In this document: positions 1 through 9,945 of the stretch, piece by piece
Layout: the number at the start of each line of letters is the position of its first letter
How positions within the stretch are numbered: the stretch's first letter is position 1
Assembly: GCA_964652995.1 (NCBI GenBank)
Contig: CAZZCR010000004.1
Span: 85,954 to 149,953 of the forward strand
Source of the DNA: an uncultured Flavipsychrobacter sp.
Lineage (GTDB): Bacteria; Bacteroidota; Bacteroidia; Chitinophagales; Chitinophagaceae
Direction: 5' to 3'
DNA: 64,000 bases
The notes under the pieces: generated by a model
The model's input: only the letters and a program-made list of their open reading frames with translations
Told to the model about the DNA's origin: nothing
Database searches by the model: none
Position numbers and translations under genes: made by a program

Positions 1-368
1 CGGAAGGCACGTTAAAAGAGATACCGCAGGCTGCCATAACAACGAGCGAACTGAGACATGCGCCTAAGTTGTTTAAAGAAGACATGGCAATTGACTGGAC
101 GAGAAGTTGCCACGAGATCAACAATTTTGTCCGCGGCCTATCGCCCTACCCTACCGCCTTTTCGCGTCTTGGCGATAAAACGATGCGGGTCTATGCTGTG
201 AAAATTGAACCGGGAGAGACCACAAAGAGCCCCGGAACGTACGAAACAGACCACAGCACCTATCTGCGGTTTGCCGCGAAAGACGGCTGGGTCTATATCC
301 TGGATCTGCAACTGGAGGGAAAGAAAAGAATGCCGGTTGTTGACTTCCTTAGGGGATTCAGGGGATAA
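1..368 (+). CDS. fmt: methionyl-tRNA formyltransferase, C-terminal part (5' end lies outside the window)
   Basis: The frame is open from the window edge (from nt 3: EGTLKEIPQAAITTSELRHAPKLFKEDMAIDW...). Stop TAA is at 366-368. The AP-K-x-x-KED-x-x-IDW linker and following C-terminal domain are typical of Fmt. Confidence 0.85.
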   Translation, partial: EGTLKEIPQAAITTSELRHAPKLFKEDMAIDWTRSCHEINNFVRGLSPYPTAFSRLGDKTMRVYAVKIEPGETTKSPGTYETDHSTYLRFAAKDGWVYILDLQLEGKKRMPVVDFLRGFRG

Positions 369-448
369 CAGGTAAAATATACACTGACACCTAATGCATT
401 AAAATTCAATGAAATAACCGTAGTTTTATCTACAAACAAAATGCACAT

Positions 449-913
449 ATGAAAAATACCACCAAGTTACTCATCGTTCTGCTTGCAACTGCCAGTCTCG
501 CTGCAACCAGTTGCAAGAAGAAAAAAGATGACTCCGTTAAGGCAAGGATCAGCGGAAAATGGAAGCTGATGCAGACCGGCATGGACGCCAACAACAACAG
601 CGTAATGGAGCCATCAGAGGTTGTAACGATACCTGATACGCTTGCAATGTTTACAACATACCAGTCGGATGGAACCGGATCATTGTCTATTGAGTTCATG
701 GGCGCATCCATATCATCCGGTTTTACATGGTCTTTGCTGAACAACGATGCGGACGTGAATATTAAAGCAAGCGGAAGTGCTAATCCGATTTTCCAGGTGA
801 CAGAAGGTACGTTCCATATCCATTCGCTGACGTCGGCAGACCTTATTACACGGGATTCCGTGACTGTAGATTCAGTCTCCGGATACTCATGGAACGTGTT
901 TAAGAAACAATAA
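449..913 (+). CDS. small lipoprotein of unknown function
   Basis: N-terminal signal peptide with lipobox (LLATASLAATSC, then KKKKDD). 154 aa. Followed by a hairpin terminator. No family recognised. Confidence 0.6.
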   Translation: MKNTTKLLIVLLATASLAATSCKKKKDDSVKARISGKWKLMQTGMDANNNSVMEPSEVVTIPDTLAMFTTYQSDGTGSLSIEFMGASISSGFTWSLLNNDADVNIKASGSANPIFQVTEGTFHIHSLTSADLITRDSVTVDSVSGYSWNVFKKQ

Positions 914-933
914 GGCGACAATTCAATCATTTG

Positions 934-966
934 GTAGTTGCTGCGAGAAGCGGCAACTACTTTTTA
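934..966 (+). terminator. rho-independent terminator after the lipoprotein gene
   Basis: Stem gtagttgc (934-941) pairs with gcaactac (953-960), followed by TTTTT (961-965). Confidence 0.6.
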
Positions 967-987
967 TTTAGACGCTCCCCCAATAAT

Positions 988-1632
988 ATGACAGTCAATG
1001 AGCTTTTCGCGGACAAGACACTAAGGCCAAAGGAAAGGACAGAAAAGCTATGTCAGCTTCTGGATACCGGTGATATCAGTGTCAACGATCTGATGGCATT
1101 CGCGGATCGGGCCAAAGATGCGGAGAAAGCTACCTGCATTGAAAGTCTCGAATACATGACCAAAAAAGATGCAACGGCCATCGACGTAAAGGTACTGGAA
1201 TGGGTTGTGGCGCAGCTAACGGCGAAGGCGCCACGCATCAAATGGGAGTCGGCAAGAGTGATAGGGAATACAATTGCATTGTACCCAAAAACTGCAGAGC
1301 ACGTTATCCCGGGACTGCTAGACAATACCACTAACGACGGCACTGTGGTGAGATGGAGCGCTGCCTACGCGCTTGGTGAAATACTGAAGCTTAAATTACC
1401 GATCAACGAAACGCTGTTGCCTGCCCTCAACAGCATCATGGATCAAGAGGAAAAGAACAGTATTAAAAAGATCTATGCTGCCGCGATAAAGAAGGCTAAG
1501 CAAAATGAATCTCCCCACAGCCACTTATGGCAAATCTGCAGGCTCATGCGCGTTGATCTTACTGAGGTCCAAAAGCGTGTAGGTACCGTCATCAGACCGC
1601 TGGAACATGGGTATGAAGCGCGCCCCGAATAA
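988..1632 (+). CDS. HEAT/armadillo-like repeat protein (hypothetical)
   Basis: ATG at 988 lies downstream of the terminator at 934-966, so the ORF-track start at 931 is unlikely. The protein is helical-repeat-like (…VVRWSAAYALGEILK…). Its last ~36 codons overlap the convergent K+ channel gene. Confidence 0.5.
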   Translation: MTVNELFADKTLRPKERTEKLCQLLDTGDISVNDLMAFADRAKDAEKATCIESLEYMTKKDATAIDVKVLEWVVAQLTAKAPRIKWESARVIGNTIALYPKTAEHVIPGLLDNTTNDGTVVRWSAAYALGEILKLKLPINETLLPALNSIMDQEEKNSIKKIYAAAIKKAKQNESPHSHLWQICRLMRVDLTEVQKRVGTVIRPLEHGYEARPE

Positions 1633-2484
1633 CACCTGACCACTAAGGTAAGAAGTGCGTTGCTGCACCGTATTGGAGAAATGATCATCGAACGCACGGA
1701 CGTAAACCATTACTTCTGCTTTGGCCTCGGAAAGTGCTTTTTGATCGTAATTAAAGAGTGGACTTTCCTCGGTGATGTTGTGCACAATCGTCCAACTGGA
1801 TGCCATTGAGCTGATACGGGACATCTCAAGAGGAAGCGGATAGAATCGTGTGACCATCTTTCCGTTCTCGTCCACGTGAAGTGCTATCGTCAGTTGTGCT
1901 TCAACATCGGTCAGGTGGTTGTTTTTGTAGGTAGCCATACGCAACATGAGTGCCTTGCCGTTTTTGTATGGAGCCATCAGGGCATTACTACTGAAGAGCA
2001 GAAAAGCTCTGGGACGCGAAAACCGTCCGTAAATGAGACCGGTAACCACGGCAAATGCAAGAATTCCGATCAGAGATTCGGTTGAAGCAATAGCATTGGT
2101 AATAAGGCCGGTGGGTGCCACATGACCATAACCTACTGTGGTGAGTGTTTGGGAACTAAAGAAGAATGCTGCAAGAAGTTCATCAATTACCGATTCGGAA
2201 TGTGGGATGCCCGACAAGTTGTGAACACCGACCAAGAAGTATACACTAGCGAAGAAAACATTCGTTGCTGTGTAAAACAACATGATAGTGAGGAAAAAAT
2301 GGGAACGTTTCATTTGCAGCAACGTATGATAGAACGATATCCGCTCCCAAATGGGTAATCCGCGCTTCCTGACGTTATTGGAACCGTCAGGATTGACGAG
2401 ACGACCGCCCTCTACGCTACTATTAGTACCAAATCCGGTGTTGTCGATATTCTTAAGCCTGAATCGGTTCTGCGGCCCTACCAT
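1525..2484 (-). CDS. inward-rectifier-type potassium channel (KirBac family)
   Basis: K+ selectivity filter TTVGYG within two TM helices. N-terminal slide-helix-like region (RLVNPDGSNNVRKRG…FYHTLL) and a C-terminal beta-rich cytoplasmic domain. The start overlaps the stop of the upstream flippase-like gene by 32 nt. Confidence 0.85.
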   Translation of the reverse strand: MVGPQNRFRLKNIDNTGFGTNSSVEGGRLVNPDGSNNVRKRGLPIWERISFYHTLLQMKRSHFFLTIMLFYTATNVFFASVYFLVGVHNLSGIPHSESVIDELLAAFFFSSQTLTTVGYGHVAPTGLITNAIASTESLIGILAFAVVTGLIYGRFSRPRAFLLFSSNALMAPYKNGKALMLRMATYKNNHLTDVEAQLTIALHVDENGKMVTRFYPLPLEMSRISSMASSWTIVHNITEESPLFNYDQKALSEAKAEVMVYVRAFDDHFSNTVQQRTSYLSGQVLFGARFIPMFQRSDDGTYTLLDLSKINAHEPADLP

Positions 2485-3904
2485 AGTGCTTTTTTCGGTT
2501 TAATTCAAAAACAAACGTAATCAGAATAAGCAACACCATCCCCAAGGCACCCAATAAGAGTGTTGCCTTTCCGGTGTATTGCATTGTGCCGAGATAGTGG
2601 ATCGCAAACATAAGGGAACCGAACAAGATGAATTTAATACCCCAATTGCGCAACGGAAGCAGGTGGAGCGGCGACACATGCAAGTGACGCGCAGTAGCAA
2701 TGAGGTAGAACGCGGCTTGCAGGTAAGTTGAAATTACAAAGCTCAACGCAACACCGGGCAACCCAATCAACAAATAAAGCGGATACATGAGGGCAACCGC
2801 AAGGATAAGTTCCGCTACAGCGCCGATGTTTATAATGTGCCCTTTATGGGCTCGTTGCAACACTGTAGTGAAACTGTATGCCCGAACAGGTAGGGAGAGA
2901 ATTGACACGGCAAAAATGGGAATGGCAGGAATATACTTCTCTGACAAGACCGAGACGAACAACTCATTTCGGAAAATATAGAGAAAGAAGAATACCGGAA
3001 ATACAATGGATGACAACATTCGACCAGATTCGTTGACCAATTGCAGTGTTGCTTCTTTTTCAGGCAAACCATTACGGCCGGCGAGTTGCAACAAAACAGC
3101 ACTGCCGGCTGCACTCAACAAGATTGGAAGGAAAGGAACATTCTGAGCTCCATTGTAGTATATCGCAGAGAGTCCCGCTGTGAGGACCATAGCAACCGCA
3201 AACTTATCTACCCAAGATGAGAGCATTTGAACCACGTCGTACAGGCCGAGGTGAAGCCAAAGCGCACGAACTGCTCCGAGGTCGACAAATTCTTCCACGT
3301 ATCCATCTACATCTTTTTTCACTTCCAATAATACGGCGCAACTATATACAAACACCCGCAACATGTTCGCAACTAAAAGTAGAGAAAACAAAGCCTGCAA
3401 TGTGAGTCCCGCTTGTAGCGCCCACCAATGCACCGCACAAAAAGCAGCCGCATAGAGGAAACCAGACCATGTAAGCACCCGATATTTCCTAAAAACGATC
3501 AGTAGCGACTCAGTTATGACACCGACAGAAAAACTCAGAATAAAAAGTAGCGAAGTAAGGAAATGTACCCGGCCGAGATCAGACTGCAACCATGCAAAGA
3601 GCAACGAAAGCAAAACTGCCCAGCCAACATAAAATGCATAATGCAAGAGCCTGATCTTACTCAAAATATTAGCAAGAAAGTTCCTTGTATATGTTACAAT
3701 GACATTGTGTAATCCGAAACTAATAAGAGGATAAATGACATACAGCTGAATCCAGAACAACTGGTAGTTTCCATAATCGGCCTCGGACAAGTTGCGGGAA
3801 TACCAGACAAGCACCAGCAGGTTTGCCAACGATGGGAAAAACCGCGTGATGAATATAAAGAATGAGTTACTTACAAATACGCTATTTGCTTTGAGCAAAG
3901 GCAT
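2453..3904 (-). CDS. polysaccharide biosynthesis / MOP-superfamily flippase-like membrane protein
   Basis: 483 aa, roughly 12-14 predicted TM helices, Wzx-like layout. Sits in an operon with an acetyltransferase and a YfhO-like protein. Confidence 0.65.
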   Translation of the reverse strand: MPLLKANSVFVSNSFFIFITRFFPSLANLLVLVWYSRNLSEADYGNYQLFWIQLYVIYPLISFGLHNVIVTYTRNFLANILSKIRLLHYAFYVGWAVLLSLLFAWLQSDLGRVHFLTSLLFILSFSVGVITESLLIVFRKYRVLTWSGFLYAAAFCAVHWWALQAGLTLQALFSLLLVANMLRVFVYSCAVLLEVKKDVDGYVEEFVDLGAVRALWLHLGLYDVVQMLSSWVDKFAVAMVLTAGLSAIYYNGAQNVPFLPILLSAAGSAVLLQLAGRNGLPEKEATLQLVNESGRMLSSIVFPVFFFLYIFRNELFVSVLSEKYIPAIPIFAVSILSLPVRAYSFTTVLQRAHKGHIINIGAVAELILAVALMYPLYLLIGLPGVALSFVISTYLQAAFYLIATARHLHVSPLHLLPLRNWGIKFILFGSLMFAIHYLGTMQYTGKATLLLGALGMVLLILITFVFELNRKKHYGRAAEPIQA

Positions 3905-4415
3905 TACATTCTTCTTTGTTTAACTGCCTGATGACCCTGGCGGGATTACCAGCTATGACACAATAACCTTCACTAAAACTCTTTGTAACCACCGAACCAG
4001 CCCCAACAATTGTAAAATCGCCAAGGTGGACGGACGGTAAAATAACTGCCCCCATACCAACCCAGCAAAATCGTCCGATACGAATTGGATCGGCTACAGC
4101 ATGCATGTCATTGTTTACCAAGTCATGATTGGCTGAGATAAGTCCGACATTAGGACCCAAATTAGTATAATCTCCAATAGTAATGCCGTTGGATGCGTTT
4201 ATGTACACACCCGGAGAATCGCCCGGAAAAACTCCTTGCCCTAAAGTGATGCGACCGGGACAATGGATGGTGCTGGTATGATGAATAGCCCATTTTGTAT
4301 CTGCATTCTGTCTGAGGATCTTCCGAAAGAGGAAATCGGTGAGGTAAAAGCCTACACTCATTTCCCTCCGCATGCGGAATAAGGTCTTCAAATCGTATAC
4401 AGGTTTATCAGCCAT
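3882..4415 (-). CDS. hexapeptide-repeat (LbH) acetyltransferase
   Basis: Left-handed beta-helix hexapeptide repeats (GITIGDYTNLGPNVGLISANHD…IRIGRFCWVGMGAVILPSVHLGDFTIVGAGSVV), typical of sugar O-acetyltransferases. Confidence 0.8.
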   Translation of the reverse strand: MADKPVYDLKTLFRMRREMSVGFYLTDFLFRKILRQNADTKWAIHHTSTIHCPGRITLGQGVFPGDSPGVYINASNGITIGDYTNLGPNVGLISANHDLVNNDMHAVADPIRIGRFCWVGMGAVILPSVHLGDFTIVGAGSVVTKSFSEGYCVIAGNPARVIRQLNKEECNAFAQSK

Positions 4416-4467
4416 AGACTATCGTTACGCCCGGAGCCGAAATACCGGACATGCGCAAACACAACAA

Positions 4468-6891
4468 TTAGCTTTCCGCAGGTTTCATAAAACCTTTGTA
4501 CAGCGCACCAAGACAAAGCAACACTAACACAATGCTGCTGACAAATGCCACCTTCTGACCGGTATAGAAACTATCCGGCTTGAACCTGAACTCAATCTTA
4601 TGGTTTCCGGCAGGGACCTTGATAGCCCGCAACACATAGTTAGCACGCATGATCGGAGTCTCCCTATCATCTAAATAGGCTTTCCAGCCTTTGGGATAAT
4701 ATATGTCTGAAAACACGGCAATCCCTTCTTTGCTATTGGTGCTGGTGAACGATAATTCATCCAGTCCGTATTTATTGAGCTTTATAGACGCAGTGCTGTC
4801 TTTGCCGATAGCTGCATTGCCAACTGTTTCTTTAAAACGCGTGCGCAGCACAACTGTATTCAGCGGGCTGAACGCACCGAACGGAAGAGCGGTATCGCCT
4901 ATCTGAGGCGCATTGAGCGCATTCATCTCGTCGTCGGCAGTATTGGCCCATTTTATTTCATTCACAAACCATGCGTTACCACATGCCGTAGGATTTGGGA
5001 TAACCTGTGGTGCACCACCCTTCTGGCCAGCAATAATGTACTTCGTATTTAACATATTGAGCACCTGCCCATTGAATCCGCGACTCATTTGGCGGTCGAT
5101 CAGATCCTGATAGATCTCCATTTTTGCCGGGTGATATCCACCCACGCATTTGTGGAAATAAGCTTGAATGGCATCATTATAGGTATCGCGGGTAAGATCG
5201 AGCACACGGTAGTAAGGATCTGGATCCTTCATGATGGCCATGTCCACATCGCGAGGCTGGAAAATGGTCTCATACTCTGATGCATCCACGTAATTGGATT
5301 CGTTGAGGTAATTATTCGACATAGGCAGGAGGTCGATGACTACCAGAACCCCAAGTCCGATAAACAAAGCTGAACTCTTGATCCTGTCCTTAAGGTATGC
5401 CCATAGCATGCCTGCTGCAAGGAGTATAAAAACAGCGCTTGTGAGTCCGCTACGCATTGCAAGTGCGACCCTGTCTTCCTTAAGTAGCTTCACCATTTCG
5501 GGTTGCAGACGATCATCGCTTCCACCTGTGAAGTCGAAGAACATGCTCCCCCCTACTCCAATGAGGACACAGATGCCCGCAGTAATACCGGCAGCCAACT
5601 TGATGTTTTTCCAGGTCTGAGGATCATCGCGACGGTCGAGGATCTCTTGTACGCCCCAGATACCGAGTAATGGGAAAAGGAACTGAGGAATAACAAGCGC
5701 CATAGAAGGTGTACGGAACTTATTGAGATACGGGAGATGGTCGAACAAGAAGAAATTGATGCTCTCCATATTCTTACCCCAAGATAATACGACACAAGCA
5801 GCGCTGGCAGCAATGATCCACCATTTATGTGGTGATCGCACTGCAAAAATGCCCAGTACAAATAAGAAACAAACAATCGCTCCGAAGTAGACCGGACCAC
5901 TAAGGAACGGTTGCGGGCCCCAATACAAGGGCAACTGATCTGCACCACCACCAATTGCTTCAAGTGTTTTAGGCGCTTTTTCAGCCGCCTCGCCGCTAGA
6001 TCCTCCATACAAGTATGGGATCATAAGGCAGAAAGTCTCGCCAATGCCATTGCTCCACCGGAACGCATATTCTTTATCGAGACCACCATTTTCCTTTTTA
6101 TCGTGCCCTGATAGTTCGCTGGCACCACCCCTCATTGTCTCTTTTGCATATTCGGCGGTGGTGAGCAAAGACGGCATGCTGGGCCCGATACCGGCAGCCA
6201 TTGTAATTGCCGCAATACCAGATGAGATGAAAAACTGTTTCAGCCTTCCTTCTTTGATGGCTATGTAGAGCATAACCAACCCGAAAAAGCCAAACATGAT
6301 GAAGGAGTAATAAATAACCTGAAAGTGGTTATTGCTGAAAATGAGCGCGAAAGATAAACCTAGCACAGCGGCACCCGTCAACCATTTTTCGCGATATACA
6401 AGGTACAACCCTGCCATAGCCGCGGGCAAGTAGCCCATAGTAAGCATCTTGGTTTCATGGCCTACACTTATGATAATTGCATTGTAGGTAGAGAAAGCGT
6501 AGGCTATGGCCCCGACCATGGACAGCCATTTATTGATGTTGAGCACCCTCATGAGCAGATAGAAGCACAACATGGCAATAAAAAAGAAGTAGGCAGGCTT
6601 GCCAACAGATTGAAGAATGGTCTGGACATAACCGGTATAATTGGTATTGGCCGCACCAACATAGGTTGTGTAGGTGGGCATGCCACCAAACATGCTATTG
6701 GACCATAGGGCATCTTTGCCGGTGGTCTCATGGTAGCTTTTCGCCTCCTGTGCCATCCCTTGCCACGAAATGTTATCGTGTTGGTTCAACTTTTTACCCT
6801 GTAACTGCGGATAACAGTACAACAAAGCAAGCAGTGCAAAACCAACAATTACAAGTATGTCTTGTTTGAATTTTTTCAGATCAATCTGCAT
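4468..6891 (-). CDS. YfhO-family membrane glycosyltransferase-like protein
   Basis: About 807 aa measured from the MQIDLKKFKQD… start. Many TM helices, then a C-terminal extracytoplasmic domain and a final TM, as in the YfhO family. The ORF-track start at 6975 adds an implausible Cys/Phe-rich extension. Confidence 0.7.
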   Translation of the reverse strand: MQIDLKKFKQDILVIVGFALLALLYCYPQLQGKKLNQHDNISWQGMAQEAKSYHETTGKDALWSNSMFGGMPTYTTYVGAANTNYTGYVQTILQSVGKPAYFFFIAMLCFYLLMRVLNINKWLSMVGAIAYAFSTYNAIIISVGHETKMLTMGYLPAAMAGLYLVYREKWLTGAAVLGLSFALIFSNNHFQVIYYSFIMFGFFGLVMLYIAIKEGRLKQFFISSGIAAITMAAGIGPSMPSLLTTAEYAKETMRGGASELSGHDKKENGGLDKEYAFRWSNGIGETFCLMIPYLYGGSSGEAAEKAPKTLEAIGGGADQLPLYWGPQPFLSGPVYFGAIVCFLFVLGIFAVRSPHKWWIIAASAACVVLSWGKNMESINFFLFDHLPYLNKFRTPSMALVIPQFLFPLLGIWGVQEILDRRDDPQTWKNIKLAAGITAGICVLIGVGGSMFFDFTGGSDDRLQPEMVKLLKEDRVALAMRSGLTSAVFILLAAGMLWAYLKDRIKSSALFIGLGVLVVIDLLPMSNNYLNESNYVDASEYETIFQPRDVDMAIMKDPDPYYRVLDLTRDTYNDAIQAYFHKCVGGYHPAKMEIYQDLIDRQMSRGFNGQVLNMLNTKYIIAGQKGGAPQVIPNPTACGNAWFVNEIKWANTADDEMNALNAPQIGDTALPFGAFSPLNTVVLRTRFKETVGNAAIGKDSTASIKLNKYGLDELSFTSTNSKEGIAVFSDIYYPKGWKAYLDDRETPIMRANYVLRAIKVPAGNHKIEFRFKPDSFYTGQKVAFVSSIVLVLLCLGALYKGFMKPAES

Positions 6892-6977
6892 AAGAATGAA
6901 AATATTAATAAAACAACAACTATGTACATTTAAAAAAACAAAGATCAATCGGGCATTAAATGCACAACAAATCAAAT

Positions 6978-7020
6978 AATTATCGTTCTACAGCCAAAAA
7001 TAGACAGTAGAACGATAATT
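6978..7020. promoter_or_regulatory. 14-bp inverted repeat in the leader/promoter region of the YfhO operon
   Basis: aattatcgttctac (6978-6991) pairs with gtagaacgataatt (7007-7020), with a 15-nt spacer. Function unknown: second terminator, or operator. Confidence 0.3.
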
Positions 7021-7120
7021 TCCTAAGTTATTTTGATTGTAACGCGATGGGATTCAAACGCCGATCCCGGAGGATTATTGCATGCCGGAACATATACCGA
7101 CGGACTACCAACGATCGCCC

Positions 7121-7156
7121 GGAAAATAAAAAGGGGACTGATGCCAGCCCCCTTTT
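7121..7156 (-). terminator. rho-independent terminator of the T9SS cargo gene
   Basis: Stem aaaaggggactg / cagccccctttt (7129-7156, one mismatch). On the minus strand it is followed by a T-rich tract. It lies 20 nt after the stop. Confidence 0.5.
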
Positions 7157-7176
7157 GTAAAAGTCATCGGTAAACA

Positions 7177-8568
7177 CTAATGTGTAATAACCACTTTGCC
7201 TGAAAGCTTTTCTCCATTAGCAGCAACCGTGAACTGGTACACACCAGATGGCAATGTGGCAGTGTTGAATATAGCCTTTCCTTTCTCGACACCCTGGTAA
7301 GAACGCAAATCAACGACCTGACCAAGCAAGTTGCTGAGAGACACGGTCACATCAGCTTTTTGTCCCAAAGTGAATGGAATGGTCACCTGATCGTCGGCCG
7401 GATTGGGGTAAACTGATGCTTCCTGTATGCGAGCAATGTCCTGTACGCCTACGATCACACCACATGATGGGCACTTTATATGGAAGTCAACATATGGATA
7501 CTGGTAGGTGCTGGCACCACCACTTGATGACCAGAACCAGAGAGGAATGTACTGCCCGCCCCAGCCCAGTGAAGTATCGGGGAGGGTTTTATACATCCCG
7601 CTATTGCGGTTGGAAGCGCTGTATGTTGCATACATTGGTGTTGTTCCTGAACCTTTGAAGATGCTGTAAGGCCTGAACATATTATACTTATAGATCCCTG
7701 AAGACAAGAATGCTGTGTCATGCGGAGTGAAAGTGGGGCTACCGCTAATAAATGAGATAGTGGCACCGATAAGGTTGCCTGCCGGTACGTTCACATCTGA
7801 GAAACCAATGCGGCCCATGTAAGTACCATCAGAAAGTGTATCGCCCCAGGCAGGAGACGCACCTGTATTGTCAAGGATAATATCCTTGACAATAACGGAG
7901 GTACCCTTTGCGTGACCTGTGTTCGCGTCAAAGTGGATTCTGTAAGTGTCCATAGAGTCGGACGAACCGTAAGTGGTGAGCACAGCGGGATTACCGGTCT
8001 TCGCGAGATACACATCTGGACCTGTTGTACCGTTTCCACGGCTGCCGTCTCCGTAAACAAATGCTACGCGAATTGTGTCAACATAAGTATTAGCAACATT
8101 GAACCCGTAGATGCCAAAAAAACGAAGGGAATCAACTGTATAAGCATCGGCAGACGTAACTTTCATTTCGCCGGGATAGTAATCGAAGCGGTTGAAACCT
8201 GAGTAAGTAGGATCGGTGACTGCACCTACAGATACGAGGCGATTGTGAGACCAAGTGGGGGCTGATAAAGTGCCATATGGCATTACTGCCATGGTATCTT
8301 TCCAAAGATAGTGCGCGGCAATAGCTGCACCGTTACCGATCTCTTTTTCTGTAGTGTCGAAATTGCTGGCATAACTGTACCAACGTGGTGCAGCAGTGGT
8401 CTTTTGCTGGTGCTTTTTGTTATCGACCTCGGTCTTGATAACGTGCCGCAACGAAGACGCACTCTTTGTGCCCACCGGAATGTCATTTCCGAAAGTTTGT
8501 TGCCTTTCCTGCGCGAAGGACGTAGAAGCGATTGCGCCCGCCGCAAACAATAATAGTAGTTTTTTCAT
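7177..8568 (-). CDS. secreted protein with T9SS type-A C-terminal sorting domain, unknown function (paralog of 35353-36759)
   Basis: Signal peptide MKKLLLLFAAGAIASTSFAQ. C-terminal ~80 aa Por_Secre_tail-like domain (VYPNPADDQVTIPFTL…GVYQFTVAANGEKLSGKVVITH). Shares many blocks with the 468-aa protein at 35353-36759. Confidence 0.8.
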   Translation of the reverse strand: MKKLLLLFAAGAIASTSFAQERQQTFGNDIPVGTKSASSLRHVIKTEVDNKKHQQKTTAAPRWYSYASNFDTTEKEIGNGAAIAAHYLWKDTMAVMPYGTLSAPTWSHNRLVSVGAVTDPTYSGFNRFDYYPGEMKVTSADAYTVDSLRFFGIYGFNVANTYVDTIRVAFVYGDGSRGNGTTGPDVYLAKTGNPAVLTTYGSSDSMDTYRIHFDANTGHAKGTSVIVKDIILDNTGASPAWGDTLSDGTYMGRIGFSDVNVPAGNLIGATISFISGSPTFTPHDTAFLSSGIYKYNMFRPYSIFKGSGTTPMYATYSASNRNSGMYKTLPDTSLGWGGQYIPLWFWSSSGGASTYQYPYVDFHIKCPSCGVIVGVQDIARIQEASVYPNPADDQVTIPFTLGQKADVTVSLSNLLGQVVDLRSYQGVEKGKAIFNTATLPSGVYQFTVAANGEKLSGKVVITH

Positions 8569-8790
8569 TTTTGCTGATTTTTTATAGGGTGAAACAATGA
8601 ATGGATGAACGCTAACTTAAAGTTAAAATTCAAGAAGCAAAAACTATACCAAACAATTTGACAATCAAGGTATCAGGAGAAAAAAAATAAAATAATGTGT
8701 CGATCCCAGCCTGAAAAAGCCCGCCAAACAGGCCACAAACTGACACTGTATAGAATTGGAAGTCGAATTTTTACTTTTGGCATTTTAAAA

Positions 8791-8798
8791 TACCTTTG
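8791..8798 (+). promoter_or_regulatory. candidate Bacteroidota -7 promoter box (TAnnTTTG) for fbaB
   Basis: TACCTTTG lies 30 nt upstream of the ATG at 8829. A second match, TACTTTTG, is at 8772-8779. Confidence 0.4.
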
Positions 8799-8828
8799 CA
8801 GCCGATTACTCAAAAAAATAACCAATAT

Positions 8829-9887
8829 ATGTCACTGAACAAAATTCACGAACTATTAGGGGACAAAGCCAGCTATTATCTGGACCACACCTGCAACACC
8901 ATCAGCAAAGATTCGATCTACGTTCCGTCTGCCGACCATTTGGATACGGTTTGGACACAGTCGAACCGTAATGTGCAGACTGTAAGAAGCATCAATACGA
9001 TAATGAATCATGGTCGTCTTGCAGGAAGCGGATACGTTTCTATTCTTCCGGTGGATCAGGGTATTGAGCACAGCGGTGGTGCATCATTCGCACCAAACCC
9101 GATCTACTTTGACCCTGAGAACATTGTGAAACTTGCAGTTGAGGGCGGATGTAACGCAGTGGCATCTACCTATGGCGTACTTGGCTCTGTGGCCCGTAAG
9201 TATGCTCACAAGATCCCGTTCATTGTGAAAGTGAACCATAACGAATTCATATCTTACCCAAATAAGTTCGACCAGATCATGTTCGGCACCATTAAAGATG
9301 CATGGAACATGGGCGCTGTGGCTGTGGGAGCGACAATTTACTTTGGCAGCGACGAGAGCGCACGTCAGATAGTAGAGGTAGCGAAGGCATTTGAATATGC
9401 GCATGAGCTTGGTATGGCAACTGTTCTTTGGTGCTACCTGCGTAACGGCGGGTTCAAAAAAGACGGCGTAGACTACCACACCGCAGCTGACCTTACCGGT
9501 CAGGCAAATCATCTTGGTGTTACTATCCAGGCCGACATCATTAAACAGAAACTACCTACTAACAATGGCGGGTACAATGCAATCAACTTTGGCAAAACCA
9601 GCAAGCTGGTTTATGACAAGCTGACAACTGACCACCCAATTGACCTATGCCGCTACCAGGTAGCTAACTGCTACATGGGTCGTGTGGGTCTGATCAACTC
9701 CGGCGGTGAATCTAAAGGTGCTACCGATATGGCTGAAGCAGTAATGACCGCCGTGGTGAACAAACGCGCTGGTGGTATGGGTCTGATAAGCGGCCGTAAG
9801 GCATTCCAGAAGCCAATGAATGAAGGTGTAGCATTGTTGAATACTATTCAGGATGTTTATCTGGACAACTCGATCACGATCGCTTAA
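8829..9887 (+). CDS. fbaB: class I fructose-bisphosphate aldolase (FbaB/DhnA type)
   Basis: Near-collinear with my recollection of E. coli FbaB (…[21 protein letters not shown]…[14 protein letters not shown]…[10 protein letters not shown]). The ATG at 8829 ([11 protein letters not shown]) fits the homolog N-terminus. The track start at 8796 is a TTG inside the promoter box. Confidence 0.9.
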   Translation: MSLNKIHELLGDKASYYLDHTCNTISKDSIYVPSADHLDTVWTQSNRNVQTVRSINTIMNHGRLAGSGYVSILPVDQGIEHSGGASFAPNPIYFDPENIVKLAVEGGCNAVASTYGVLGSVARKYAHKIPFIVKVNHNEFISYPNKFDQIMFGTIKDAWNMGAVAVGATIYFGSDESARQIVEVAKAFEYAHELGMATVLWCYLRNGGFKKDGVDYHTAADLTGQANHLGVTIQADIIKQKLPTNNGGYNAINFGKTSKLVYDKLTTDHPIDLCRYQVANCYMGRVGLINSGGESKGATDMAEAVMTAVVNKRAGGMGLISGRKAFQKPMNEGVALLNTIQDVYLDNSITIA

Positions 9888-9907
9888 TATCGAGATATAT
9901 TATTAAT

Positions 9908-9945
9908 AAACAGAGCAGGCTTCCCACGGGAAGCCTGCTCTGTTT
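9908..9945 (+). terminator. hairpin terminator after fbaB
   Basis: 17-bp perfect stem aaacagagcaggcttcc / ggaagcctgctctgttt with a 4-nt loop. Confidence 0.6.

Noticed and set aside
430-930. 166-aa minus-strand ORF covering the lipoprotein gene.
   Set aside because: It is antisense to an ORF with a clean signal peptide and lipobox followed by a terminator. Its own translation has no start context and no features.
931-987. Upstream TTG-initiated extension of the HEAT-repeat ORF.
   Set aside because: The extension would be translated through the terminator hairpin at 934-966. The ATG at 988 follows immediately after it.
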